Shown here one piece after another: positions 26,604 through 39,085 of a DNA stretch of 64,000 nt; the first letter of the stretch is position 1, and the number at the start of each line of letters is the position of its first letter. Made by a program: the position numbers and the translations under genes. A model generated the notes under the pieces. It did not search any database. It worked only from the letters and a program-made list of their open reading frames with translations, and was not told where the DNA came from. Source of the DNA: Vicugna vicugna. Lineage: Eukaryota. The stretch covers positions 62,001 through 126,000 of the forward strand of contig MU057865.1 in NCBI GenBank assembly GCA_013265495.1. Reading direction: 5' to 3'.

Positions 26604-26629
26604 GAAGGAAGGAAGGAAGGAAGGAAGGA
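26490..26629. repeat. Compound (GA)/(GAAA)n/(GGAA)n polypurine microsatellite
   Basis: About 140 nt, almost purely purine, grown from the SINE tail. Confidence 0.95.
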
Positions 26630-27373
26630 TTATTCATCTCTCTACATCTTCACCAGCAGTACTTTTTATTAATATTTAAATATTTGCCAATTTGATAGGT
26701 AAAAGTTTATTACTATTTACATTTAACTGTTTTTTTAAAGTACAAGCAAACTTACAATTTTTCATATTATTAATAATTTATTTCTTCTCTTCTGTAAATT
26801 GTGACTTTATGATCATTATAGTGGAATATATTCGGTCAGCCCCATCCCCCAAATGAGAGACAGTCATGCTAAAAAGTGTTTTAGTTAAGATGCACAGAGA
26901 TTATCTGGAATGTTTTATCCCACATTTTGTTCTTAATCACTGACCATCTCATGGATGTTTTCTCTAACAAAGTTGGTCTCTCCCCTTTATCCTATGTCTC
27001 TGCCTTTCTGCCTTTTTCAGAGCTCTGTTCAGTGTCACCTTCTCCCAGAAACTTTCCTGGCTCTTTTTTTATGTGACTCTTTCTCTCCAACTAGATTGTA
27101 GGCACCTGGGGTGCTGGGGGTTTATAACCTCCAACCTGTGATGTGTCAGGGCCAGGCTTGCAGGAAGTCCTCCCCGACTGGAAAATTCCATGCTGTCAGT
27201 TTCACTGAAACGGTTCAGACTTGGGAAAGAAAATCTGCAGCAGCCCCATAGCAAAGACACAAGATGAAGCCCACCCTTCCTACCAGCCATGCCAGCTAAC
27301 ACGACAACAGTCTCCATTCTATTTTATCAATATTACATCCTTGATCAATATTCAGTAAGTAGTTTTAAGTCTC

Positions 27374-27819
27374 GGTATTAGTCAAAGTTCTCCAGGAAAA
27401 AAATAAAAGGACCAATTGGATATTTACAAAGATATACAGATATAGATAGATTTATTATGAGGATCTGGCTCACATGGTTGTGGAGGTTGAGAAGCCCCTC
27501 GGCCTCCTGGCTGCAAGCAGGAGACCCAGCAAAGCACATGGTGTAGTTCCAGTCCACGTCCTAGGACCTGAGAACAATGCACACTAATGGTGTAGGACCC
27601 TGTCGCAGGGCGTGGTTTGGATCATGCCCACCCACCCACCCTGGGGACGGCCATCTCTTTATTCATTCTATCAATTAAAAAGCTGATTTCTTCTAGAAAC
27701 GTTCTTACAGATATACAAATGGCAAGTTCACTGGGTCACAGGGTGCCCAGATATTTGATTAAACATGATTTCTGGGCATCCTGTGACCCAGTGAAGTTGA
27801 CACGAAATTAATCATCAGA
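27374..27819 (-). mobile_element. ERVL LTR (MLT2 family)
   Basis: tattagtcaaagttctccag...gatttattatgaggatctggctcacatggttgtggagg...aagttgacacgaaattaatcatca. Confidence 0.8.
27721..27801. repeat. Inverted repeat: 31-bp arms (3 mismatches) with a 19-nt loop
   Basis: GGCAAGTTCACTGGGTCACAGGGTGCCCAGA (27721-27751) versus TCTGGGCATCCTGTGACCCAGTGAAGTTGAC (27771-27801). Confidence 0.9.
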
Positions 27820-28577
27820 GTCCCCCATTACCTGTGACCAGTTTTGCTAGAAGCTAAAAAGTAACAGGGTAGTAGTTGACTGCCCCAGGGCCAAAGGCTG
27901 TCCAAATCCTAGCCTTGTACAGCTCTGCAGGAGAACCTCAGAACGCGACCACTCGAGCTAAAAGCCATCTTAAGCAACAGTGATATCTTCTCAAGTGTCT
28001 GCTCAGTGATCTGAAAGAGAGGAAGTTAACAGGACTTGATTTCACCTCATGTTTGCTGGTGATCTAGAGGCTGGGGTCAACTTGTGAGACTGGTTTGGGG
28101 ACACAGGCACAGTTAACACTTTTGAGCTCTGCCAATGGGCTGCCCTGCATACGTCCTCAGAGCACAGGATACAACCAAGGTCTAGGACTGAGGTCCACAG
28201 AGGCTGCAGCATCTCCTGGCATGCCAAGAATGCCTCAAGTAAATTCCAGATTGGAATATTCAACTTCACAGAATAAGCAACCTAGTAAAGGGGGGAAAGA
28301 TCTATAGATGGTAAAACAACCCAATTCTTTCATCCACAGAATGTAGGATTATTTCATGTAGTAAATTTCCCTCAAACAATTAAGTATTTGTTTTAGATTG
28401 CCAACTGATAGAAAAGCTTTGAGGTGGGGAGGGAAGTATACATCATGAAATTTTAAAGTCGATATTAAAGAGCTTGACAACTGAAGACAAATTCAAAATT
28501 AAGATGTAGCCCAGTATGATTTAGCTGCAGAAGTCAGGAGAGCTATGGGTTTGAGATTCACTTTTGCTTTCTAATTA

Positions 28578-29678
28578 CAGTTGTCTCCTCTTGTCTTCAA
28601 TTTCACTTTCTGAGGTTTCAGTTATCCATGGTCAACCATGATCCAAAAATATTTAATGTAAACTTCCAGAAATAAACAATTTTATAAGTTTTAATTGTGA
28701 CCGTTCTGGGCAGTGTGATGAAATCTCATGCTGTCCCACTGTGTCTCTCCCAGCCTTCCCAGGATCCCCAACCATCAACATCGTCTGCTTCTGACATCCA
28801 ACCACCGACATGGTCATGGTTCAAGAATCCCGGATCCCCTGAAGCAGATGATCCTCCTTCTGACGAATCATCAGAAGGTCAGTTGTAAATGAACGCTGTG
28901 TCACGATGCCTACGTCACTCACTTCACTCGTCTCATCACGTAGACGCTTCGTCATCTCACAGCATCACAATAAGGGTGGTACAGTACAGACATTGTGCTT
29001 GGAAGACACTGTGTTTTTTACAGATTGAAGGTTCGTGGCAACTCTGTGCAGAGCAAGACTGTGTCAGCACCAGTTTTCCAGCAGCATTGGCTCACTTTGG
29101 GTCTCTATGAACATTTTGGCAGTTCTCACAGTATTTCAAACTCTTTTGTCATTATTATGTTTGTTATGGTGATCGGTGATCAGTGGTCTTTGATGTTCCT
29201 ACATTGACTCACTGAAGACTCAAATGGTGGTTAGCATTTTTTAATCAATAAAATATTTTTAAATTAAGGCATATGCATTGATTTTTTTAGATATAATACT
29301 ATTGCACATTTAATAGACTGTAGAAAGTTAATGTAAACATATCCTGTATATGCACTGGGAAACCAAAAAAAAAATTGTGACTGTCTTTATTGGGATATTT
29401 GCTTTATTGTGGTGGTATGGAACTGAACCCCATTGTCTCTATAAATAGATATTTTGAGAGAGATCATATTCACATAGCTTTTATTACAGTATGTTGTTAT
29501 AATTGTTCTGCTATTGGTTATTGTTAATCTTTTCATGTGTCTAGTTTATAAATTAAACTTCATCATAGGTATGCACGTATAGGAAAAAGCAGTGTATATA
29601 GGGTTTTGTACTATCTGGGGTTTCTAGCATTCACTGGTGGTCTCTGAACACGGTCCCCAAAGATCAGAGGGACAATTG
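28578..29678. mobile_element. Tigger4 (Zombi)-type DNA transposon
   Basis: Begins ta|cagttgtc; contains ggtttcagttatccatggtcaacc and ccagaaataaacaat; ends ...gagggacaattg. Confidence 0.75.
28987..29439. mobile_element. Tigger1-derived MITE nested at a TA in Tigger4
   Basis: Both Tigger1 ends present (ttttttacagattgaaggttcgtggcaac; tatgcactgggaaaccaaaaaa...ggaactgaaccc) with the interior deleted. Confidence 0.75.
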
Positions 29679-31015
29679 CACAGCTACTTAGGCACAGCCT
29701 CATTTCCCTTATGTGTGGTTGCTCTCTGTTATTTTTAAGATCTTTCTTTTAGAATCCTGACATTCAGTGTGTTCTGGCCTTAACACAAAGCAACCCATTT
29801 TGGTTTTTGTGGACTTGTCTATAAAGCAAAAATGGTAAAAAACAAAACAAACAAGAAAAAAACCTTTTTCACCTAAATGTTGTATGAGATCATGGCTGGG
29901 TAAATTCTCAGGATGCTCTAACCACAAGGGTAACGTGAGGTCATCATTGTCATTTTTAAAACCTCCAGCTTTTCAACAGACTGGAATTCAAGACGCTACA
30001 TCTCTTTGGTTGTGTCTTTTATGAAAGGGTCCTGGTCTTGCTTGGATTCCTCCAGAGAGATGCAGGGAGACGAGCTGGCTTAGAAGAACCGCCAGTTCAA
30101 TGGCCGAGGCTATTTCTACAGCAACAACATGAAGAGAACACATGTAGTTCCCTGACTCGTCAAAGAGTGTTCACAAACATTGTTTTATTCCTCTTCATAT
30201 AACTGAGGGTTCTTATCTACTTGCTGGTGATATGAAGGCCGAAGCACTAAGAAGGTAAACTCACCCAGGTCCTTAGAAGACTTGGAATTGGATCTAAAAC
30301 TCCTGGAATGTGGCCTGCATTGGCCAGGAAATGACAGTGTCCCTAACACCCACCCTTGGTCGCCTTACTTCCCCTTGAAGCCTTTTCCTACTCCCTAGAG
30401 GGCATAACCCCCTAGGGGATCGTCTAATTCTTCTTACAAATATTTAATAACACATTCAGTTATTCATTATCTTCATCCCTGGACTATGAGGTTTTTAAGC
30501 CTAGAAAGCACAGCTCGAGCCACAGCCGCTGACACGGTGCTGAACACGAGCTGGGACTCAACAACTGATCACGGAATAACCAACCAACCAAAGGGCTCTC
30601 AAAAGTCCAGAAGATGGAGGAGTAAAGAAAGGAGGCGAGGGAGGAGAGAAAAAGTGGGGCGAGAAAGGAGGAGGGAGAGAGGCAGGCCGGCTGGTGGTGA
30701 TTGTGACCATGTTTCGAAGCCACAGCGCGCACTGTCAGTGTTTTTGAGCGTGCCCACCCACGTTCTGTTCACCACCATTAACGCGGACAGTTGAGCTGGT
30801 GTGTTTGCAAACATTTCCACCCAGATACAGCAAAACCTGGCAAAGATGGAGAAGGCATGCCAGCCTTTCTGTTAGTCATTTAACATGGCTGTCCAGAGAG
30901 CACTGTATTTTTCAAAGAGAAGACACATAATATTCTCACTTCTTATAGTAGAACAAAGAAGCCCAGTAATTTAAGTAGAAGTGGGGAACATGGAACCACA
31001 CAGACTATCACCCTT

Positions 31016-31080
31016 CACACACACACACACACACATATATATACATAACATGCATACATACATACATATATATATATACA
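31016..31080. repeat. (CA)n/(TA)n compound microsatellite
   Basis: Alternating CA/TA runs. Confidence 0.85.
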
Positions 31081-31436
31081 CGTAGTAGTTTTGTAGATAA
31101 AACTCAAAATCCATGCTCATCATGAAAATAATAAAGCATCTCATTCACCCACTCTCTTCCTCTTCATCTGTGCCTCATACATATATGGTTCCTGGCATTT
31201 AGCAGGTGCTTAATAAATATGACTGAGTTGAAGTACACGTGAAAGAAATCAGAACAGATTAGAACATTCATTTATCTGAGCAGACGTTGCCTTGCTCTGC
31301 GAAAAAAAAAAAATGTTATTACTATTCACACGCTTAGACTGAAGGGAGGTCCGTTTCTCCAGAATGATCAGTGTTGACTAAGACCAGGTTAATAGCTCAT
31401 CTGAAAAAGACGCAGAATAAAGCAAACAACATTTTA

Positions 31437-31528
31437 ATAACTGAAAAATTGTTCTCTACACTGGAATTTGGCACAACATTGTAAAATAATTATAAATCAA
31501 TAAAAAATGTTAAAAATAAAAACACAAC
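31437..31528 (+). mobile_element. 92-bp extremely 5'-truncated young camelid L1
   Basis: Matches the L1 terminus seen at 48020-48100; 12-bp TSD AACAACATTTTA at 31425-31436 and 31529-31540. Confidence 0.85.
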
Positions 31529-31624
31529 AACAACATTTTAGCCAGTGCACATTCTCACACAGCTGTTGAGGAGAATGAATACTTAATGAATGTAATGAAT
31601 TATTCTTTAATTGTGTTGTCACTT

Positions 31625-31755
31625 TGCATTCATTCGACAATTTTTTAAAATTGTACATTGAGAATCTACTATATGCAAAACCTGCTTCGGATGCTAGGGA
31701 TACAGTAGTGAAACAGATGTGACCTCTGCTTCTATTTTAGTAGAGAAGACAGAAA
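31625..31755 (-). mobile_element. L2 3' fragment
   Basis: cattcattcgacaa...ttgagaatctactatatgc...gatgctagggatacagtagtgaa. Confidence 0.6.
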
Positions 31756-32574
31756 ATAACCCTTTTATGATATGATTTTACACTACAAGGAAAAATTACA
31801 ATAGCATTTAATCCATCCTTCATGTCCTTTTGATACTATAAGCATATTCTATATTCCCATAATTCTTTGCCCTTATATAAAAATTAATCATAATGCAATC
31901 TTAATCATTGTAAACACATCTTGTTTTCCTAGGAAGCAAGAATTTAGGTTTTTCAACCCTTCACGATCCGGAAGATTTTACCTAATTGTCAGATGCTATG
32001 AAAGCTCCATTACACTCCACTTTACTTTGGGGAGGACCTGTCCCTCCTTGCGAATTGGTGGGAAATTAAATTTTATTGAACTAAACTACCTTAATCCCTA
32101 AAAAGCACTGATCAACCTATGATATTGCAACACACAGAATCACCAAAAAGCATTACTTGTACAGCGGTCAATTATCAATAGCATTTATTGTTCAGGTCAT
32201 AGACATCGTCAAAGTGATATTTTAAGCAGTTAAGATGAAAACTTGTACAGTAATATATATGTGTATGTGCGTGTATATGTGTGTACATATGTATATACAT
32301 ATACATATACATATGTACACACATATGCAACTTACTCAGAAGTGAGAGTTTCCCAGAATACTCAACTAATTATCTTTTTTCCTCCCCAGATTAGAAATAC
32401 TAGGTAAGAAGAAGGGGCAGGAGGGAGTAGCTAGTTGTAGACACAGACAGGAAGACCACAGCACCCCAAACAGCAATCACGTGGCCAGGCAATGCGCGGT
32501 CACTGTGTGACGGGCGCCCCACTGAGCCCCTGACTTTCGTTTCTCTCAACGAGCCTGTGAGGCAGCTACCATCA

Positions 32575-32755
32575 TAGGGGACCTACCACCCTACTAAGTG
32601 CCAAGAATTTTACATAAATGTTCTCTAATCCTTACCGCCATTTGGCACTACTGTGCCCAGTTTGCAAGTGAGGAAACTGGGGTTCAGAGAAACAGTAACT
32701 TTTTGTGGCTAAGATTCCTTAACGAGCAAGTAACTCGGCCAGAATTTAGACCTGA
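32575..32755 (-). mobile_element. MIR SINE
   Basis: cccagtttgcaagtgaggaaactggggttcagaga core. Confidence 0.6.
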
Positions 32756-32758
32756 TCC

Positions 32759-32888
32759 AAAGTGACCACAGATCCCAGTTGAAATGGGGTGGTTGTATTT
32801 TATTCCTGTTGCCCTGATAATTATAAATAGTGTCCCATTTCACTCTAAAGAGTGTCCTGGTTTGGAAGATGAGTTATATTGTTGCCTG
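32759..32888. mobile_element. hAT-Blackjack MITE (MER81/MER94-like)
   Basis: gtgacca...cctgttgccctgataattataaatagtgtcccatttcactctaaagagtgtcctggtttgga. Confidence 0.6.
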
Positions 32889-33339
32889 TCCAAGATGCGC
32901 AACCTCTCCCCTCGGCCATACCTTCTCCACAGTCCAGACACTTGACGCTGAAGCAAGAGAAACATTAAAAAAATTAAAAAACCTCAAATTTTCTAAATGA
33001 TGGCAATTCTAAATCATCCAGAGAAAGGGAAAAATGGATATCTCAGTTAAATTACTTTCAAGAGCAGGAATCTACTAAAGGAAAAATGCTTATAAAATGA
33101 TGGTGTCTCAAGAAAAGGGTAAGTTAAAGGTAAACAGAAGAATGTAACGAGTTCTAAGGGATATTTTATTTCGATTGCTGAAGTTTTAACTTTTGAGCCT
33201 ACAGAGGACACATTTTATTTGTCTAGAAAATTTATTGTTTTTGACCCTTCCTTTCTTAGTCTTGCTAGAAAGAATTGCTTTATTCCCCATCCCCAAATTC
33301 CCCTTCTCCTGCCACAAAAACAAACAAACAAGGAAGCAA

Positions 33340-33570
33340 AACCTTCCAAGCCGAGTCTCAAATGTGGCAGCCTCGCCTCGCTCACTATGCTCCGTGCAAT
33401 CTTGGACAAGTTACTTTCCCTCCCTGCCATTTTTCTCATGTGCAAAATTCAGACAATAACAATATATCCCTCACTGGCATGCAGTGAGGACAGAGTGAAA
33501 TTATGAATGGTAAACACTCAGAAGGGTGGATAGTGCTCGGCACACAAGAAGTGCCTAACAGGTTTACTCA
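33340..33570 (+). mobile_element. MIR SINE
   Basis: cttggacaagttactttccctccctgccatttttctcatgtgcaaaat core. Confidence 0.6.
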
Positions 33571-36500
33571 TGCTGAGCATTACCATTTAGGTTAACCCTA
33601 GTTCAAATCCTTTCTCCCTCTGAAACTCCAAGTTGAAGAAACAAGATCAAAATCTAGCCAAAATGATGCCTACACTACTATTAATAAAATACACTTAAAG
33701 TTAAAGGGGTTCCTAAAATTACCTAATCCAAACACTTCATCTTACAGAAATGGGAAATGGAGCTAAAGAGGAGATACACTTCCACAAGATGTAAAACCAA
33801 GCTGGATATGGGACGAGCTTGGACCTTGGTGATAGATAAACTTCATCTTCCACAGTGTAACTGTATAACCTCACACAAGTTTATTTAGTATTTCTGAAGC
33901 TCATTATTCTCAGCTGATGACAGTAAGGAGTAAAGTTCTTTTTCATCAGGGTTATTCTGAGGATTAAAATAAATAACATGCAAAAAAGGGCCCTGATTCA
34001 CCCTCATGCTCACAACACGATAGTCACGTGGAGTGGTCCAGCTCCCGGAAGGAATTTGTTGGTATCCACCAAGCTATAAAACACACAGCTCTTTCAGCTT
34101 GGGAAGTCCAATTCTAGAAGTGCATCCTATGAAGAAATTTTTGCAGCTTTAGCTGTAGTGGCAACAACAAGTTTCTATCAAAACGGAAACGTTGCTAAAA
34201 AAGATTTTACAGAATGATGCTGATAAACATTTTGAAACATGTTAAGTAAAACAGAATGCCATTGAATAATACGTGGACTGAAGTTTTGAACCCATATATA
34301 CTAAAACAGAATATATGTGTATGTAGATCAAATGTAATGAAGCCTCTTCTGAGGTCAGTGGTTTTAGGGAGAGGAGGAAAATAGAGATAATTATTACCTT
34401 TATCTTCTTATCTCTTAAAACTTTTATCATAAAAATACATTTATGTATAATGTTTATCATAGAAAAATTTAGAATGCCTACCATATAGTTGACATGAAAT
34501 GTCTTCTTCTGTCCATTTACCTCTATTCTTAGGGTTACAATTTTTACTATTACAATTGCTGTTACTAGTCATTATACTTCAGACACAATTTTAGAAAACA
34601 AATATTGTTTTAGGGACTAATCTGCCCCATTAGAGAGTTTTTTCTTTGACAAAACCTCAGATACGGCAATTTGTTTATGACCTGCACTAAAGGTCTACAT
34701 CCCACAACCTGAGCTAAAGGATGATCAAAGGTTAATAAAAACACATACAGGGAAGGCAGGGGCAGTCTCCCTCGTCTCTTGTTTGTGGTGTCATTTGTCT
34801 CCCTGTTAAATTGCAATAAAGACAATAAAAGGAAATCGGCTGTGAAAAATGAAAGAGCTCTCTATTCATAAAAAGAGTTCAAATGAGAAAAGCCTCTTCA
34901 TGGGAGGGGAACCACTACCATGCAAGCCAGTAAGTGGGAGAGGGACCCATAAAACCCTTAAGACAACTCATTAACCGCAAATTATTGAAGGCAACTAAAA
35001 TCCTTTCCCCAAAATCACGTTTATGTTCCAACCATCAGAGTGATGGACGCCTTCAAGCAAATTTCCACTGAAGGTTCTGCTGAAGGCGGCCCCATCATGG
35101 GTGTGATGAATGAGACTCTGTGGTATGGATGGAAGGCCGCTGGCTCATGAACAGGAGGCCTGACTTCTCCCTCTGCTTCAACCAACCCACCTTCCTGAAT
35201 GAATAAATCAGTCTTACAAAAGCTAACAAACTTATCTATGGACCACCTCACCTGCCTTATCTATCTCTCATAGCTGTTACGATGCTTACATGATTGCCTG
35301 CATACACATAAGATGATTCTGAATTGCTCCCTCTAAATCACGCCTGCTGCCCAGATACCACACAGTTGGGCCTGTTTCCAGCAACAATTGTAGTTCCCTC
35401 ACTTTCCACCTCTATTTTCCCTCTTTCTGCCCATTCCTGAATTTGCACAATTACAAATCAAACCATATGTTGAACAGCTCTGCATGTAACAAGAACAAAT
35501 ACAATTGTATATTTTTTTACCCCTCTGCCCTAAAGTGTCAGCCCCTAGATAAAAATTCTAGCAGACTCCTTTCTGTTCAAATTGACTCACTGCCAATCTC
35601 TTTGTAGCCTCAGTGTGACTCACAATTACAGGGAATGTCCTTGAAAGCCAGCCCAGTGGTCTCCTTGGAACTTGAGACATCTTGCTTTAAGTACTGATAG
35701 ATTCAGTATAATGTCTCACCCTTTCTCTCCGTCGATGACCTAGTCTTCACAAAGTGAATAAGAATTCACGTTCAAAAATAGAACACTGTGTCTTGGCAAG
35801 AGTTTTAATTGGCAAAAAAAATCTCCAGTCACGTTCACTAGATTTGACTAACTGAGGCATTAGGGAGGGTCACTTCGGAAGAATTTTTATCACAAAGCCA
35901 AAAAGTGTACACAGTGGATTTCTAAAAGATCTCTTTCAACTCTGCCACCAGCTAGCTTCTGAGAACAAGAGGAAGAGGTTCCCTCTCCAGGACAGCATTG
36001 TCTTTCTAGGTTTTACTGAGTGGATCGGACAAAAATCAAAGGTTTTCACACTGGGTTTCTTCCTCAGGGGTATGTTAGGGCCTACTGTATACACCCTGGG
36101 GTTTCATCCATGGGCTGGGTTATACTTCAGTCATCTTCCTCATTCAAGGTTTCGTTTTTCTGCAGCTTTGCTGGTGACCATTATGACGACACCCCAAAAT
36201 CGAAAGTCAAAGGGTTTGTTTGATATGCAATATTAACTCAACCTCCATCTTTTCTAGGATAGCAGAGTAAAGGATATTTCTATGAATAGAGGGTTTGAAT
36301 CATCAGTGAGCTGTCAAATAGACAATGCTCCTGGATAGAAAACTTTACAAATATTTTTTAAAGTATTGGGAACACAGGTAATTACAGTTCTGGTGTAAAG
36401 GATCTCAAAGGACTTTGAGTATGAGGACAATATTAACCATTTGGGGATATTTCTTGAGTGCCTTTTTCTATGGCATTCCAGAGTATGTTTTTATCTTTAT

Positions 36501-36739
36501 GGCTCATTTGTAAAATGTAACATTTTGCATTTATCCTGTATTTCTTATACAAATTATACCATTTGGTTTCTAAAACTTCTATGTATAGCTGTACTTCAGA
36601 AATACATCTTAACATACACCCATACCCACATCTAATTTTAGATGTAGAAAAATACAAATCTAGATCAGCCCTAATTTGCAACTTTTAGTGAAATAAAAGA
36701 TCTAATCATTGACCATCAACAGCTACTGAGAGACAACCA

Positions 36740-38468
36740 CATACTACCCAAGGCAATACACAGATTCAATGCAATTCCTACCAAATTATCAATGACATTT
36801 TTCACAAAACTGGAACAAAAAGTGTTCAAATTTGAATGGAAACACGAAAGACCCCAAATAGTCAGAACGATCTTGAGAAAGAAGAATGCAGCTGGGGCAA
36901 TCATGCTCCCTGACTTCAGACTACAATACAAAGCTTCAGTAATCAAAACAGTATGGTACTGGCACAAAAACAGATACACAGATCAATGGAATAAGATAGA
37001 AAATCCATAAATAAACTCATGCACTTATGGTCAATTAATCTATGACAAAGGAGGTGAGAATATAGAAAGGAGAAAAGACAGTCTTTTCAATAAGTGGTGC
37101 TGGGGAAACTGGACAGCTACATGTCAAAGAATGACATTAGAACACTCTCTAACGCCATAAACAAAAATAAACTCAAAATGGATTAAAGACCTAAATGTAA
37201 GACTGGATACTGGGGCACTTCTAGAGGAAAACGTAAGCATGATGCTCTGTGACATAAATTTCAGCAACATTTTTTTTTTCAAACCAGCTCCTAGAGGTAA
37301 CAGAAATAAAAGCAACAATAAACAAATGGAACCTAATGAAACTTACAAGCTTTTGCACAGCAAAGGAAGCCATAAGCAAAATGAAAAGACAACCTACAGA
37401 ATAGGAGAAAATATTTGCAAATGATGTGACCAACAAGGGATTGATTTCCAAAATATACAAACAGCTCATACAGCTTAATATTTAAAAAAAGCAAACCAAT
37501 CAAAAATGGGCAGAAGACATGAATATGCATTCCTCCAATGAAGACATCTAGATGGCAAACAGACACATGAAAACATGCTTAATATCACCATTAGAAAAAT
37601 GCAAAGCAAAATTTCAATTATGATATCAATTGTGATATCATCTCACACCAGTCTGAATGGCCATCGTTCAAAAGTCCACTAACAACAAACACTGGAGAGG
37701 GTGTGGAGAAAAGGGAACCCTCTTTCATTTTTGGTGGGGATGTACATTGGCATAGCCACTATGGAGGACAGTATGGAGGTTCCTTAAAAAACTAAAATTA
37801 GACTTACCATATGATCCAGCAATCCCACTCCAGAGCATATATCCAGAGAAAACTATAATTCAAAAAGACACATGCACTCCAATGTTCATAGCAGCATTAT
37901 TTACAACAGCCAAGACACGGAAACCACTTAAATGTCCATCAACAGATGACTGGATATGGAATATTACTCAGTCATAAAAAGAATGAAATAATGCTATTTG
38001 CAGCAGCATGGATGGATCTAGAGATTATCATATAACAGAAGTAAAACAGAGAAAGACAAATATCATATGATATCCCTTATATGTGAAATCTAAAAAAAGA
38101 TACAGATTTTATTTACAAACCAGAAATAGACTCATGGACATAAAAAAAACAAACTATAGTCACCAAAGTGGAAAAAGAGGGAGGGATAAATTAGGGGGTT
38201 GGAATTAACAGATATGCACTACTACATATAAAATAGATAAACAACAAGGACCTACTGTACAGCACAGGGAACTACATTCAATTTCTTGTAATAAGCTCTA
38301 ATGGAAAATAATTTGAAAATATATGTATATATGTACATGTGTATATATTTATGTATATGTATAACTGAATCACTTTGCTGTACTCCTGAAACTAACCTTT
38401 TAAATCAGCCACACTTCATTAAAAAGTAAAATTAAAAAATAAAGAAAAACTGAAAAAAAAGAGAGAGA
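36740..38468 (+). mobile_element. 5'-truncated cetartiodactyl LINE-1 (ORF2 C-terminus + 3'UTR)
   Basis: ORF2 peptide [35 protein letters not shown] gagagacaacca (36728-36739) / gagaggcaacca (38469-38480). Confidence 0.9.
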
Positions 38469-38619
38469 GAGAGGCAACCAGAGAGTAATTACCTAATAAT
38501 GGAAAGACACACTAACATTTATCAAGTAGCATTGCTAAAGACACTACCGTGGTCTGATTAAACCACCAAATTCACATCCAATTTATAGGAAATACAATTT
38601 ATAGGCATACTGGAGGAAA

Positions 38620-39085
38620 ATGCGCAGTAACACCATGGGGGATGCAATCATCAAAATCCAGACTCTGGAAAACCCTGCAGGACAAATGACCTGGTTCTTT
38701 CAACAAAGTAAAGAATTTTTCAGACCCATCTAAGTCATAAAATTTGTTTAAAAATGGTATTTATCAGAAAATTTGACATCTAAACAATGACTAAGTATTT
38801 GATGATATTAAGAAATTAATTTTTCTTGTGACAATGCAATTGGGGTTATGTTTAAAGTACTACCTTTTAGAAATATACCGAAATTGTTTACAGATGAAAT
38901 AATTTGGTTTCTGGGTTGGCATCAAAAAATTCTCAATGGAGGTGATGGGATGGAGGTATTAATGAAACAACACTCTCATGAGTTTATAATTTCTGAAGCT
39001 GAATGGTTATGTGGTGGTTTATTATACTGTTATTTCTACCTCTGCCCAAATGAGCTTTCTATATTAACTTTTAAATAAAAATAAT
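38620..39085 (+). mobile_element. Ancient L1MC/L1ME 3' fragment
   Basis: gatgcaatcatcaaaatccagactctggaaa...caggacaaatgacctggttctttcaacaaa. Confidence 0.55.

Noticed and set aside
26437..26679. Lys/Glu/Arg-rich and Phe/Leu/Ser-rich ORFs
   Set aside because: Translations of the GAAA/GGAA microsatellite.
36166..36213. 48-nt frame-preserving plus-strand exon candidate (FAGDHYDDTPKSKVK)
   Set aside because: Weak donor (gtttgt), no partner exons, and the peptide is not recognised.
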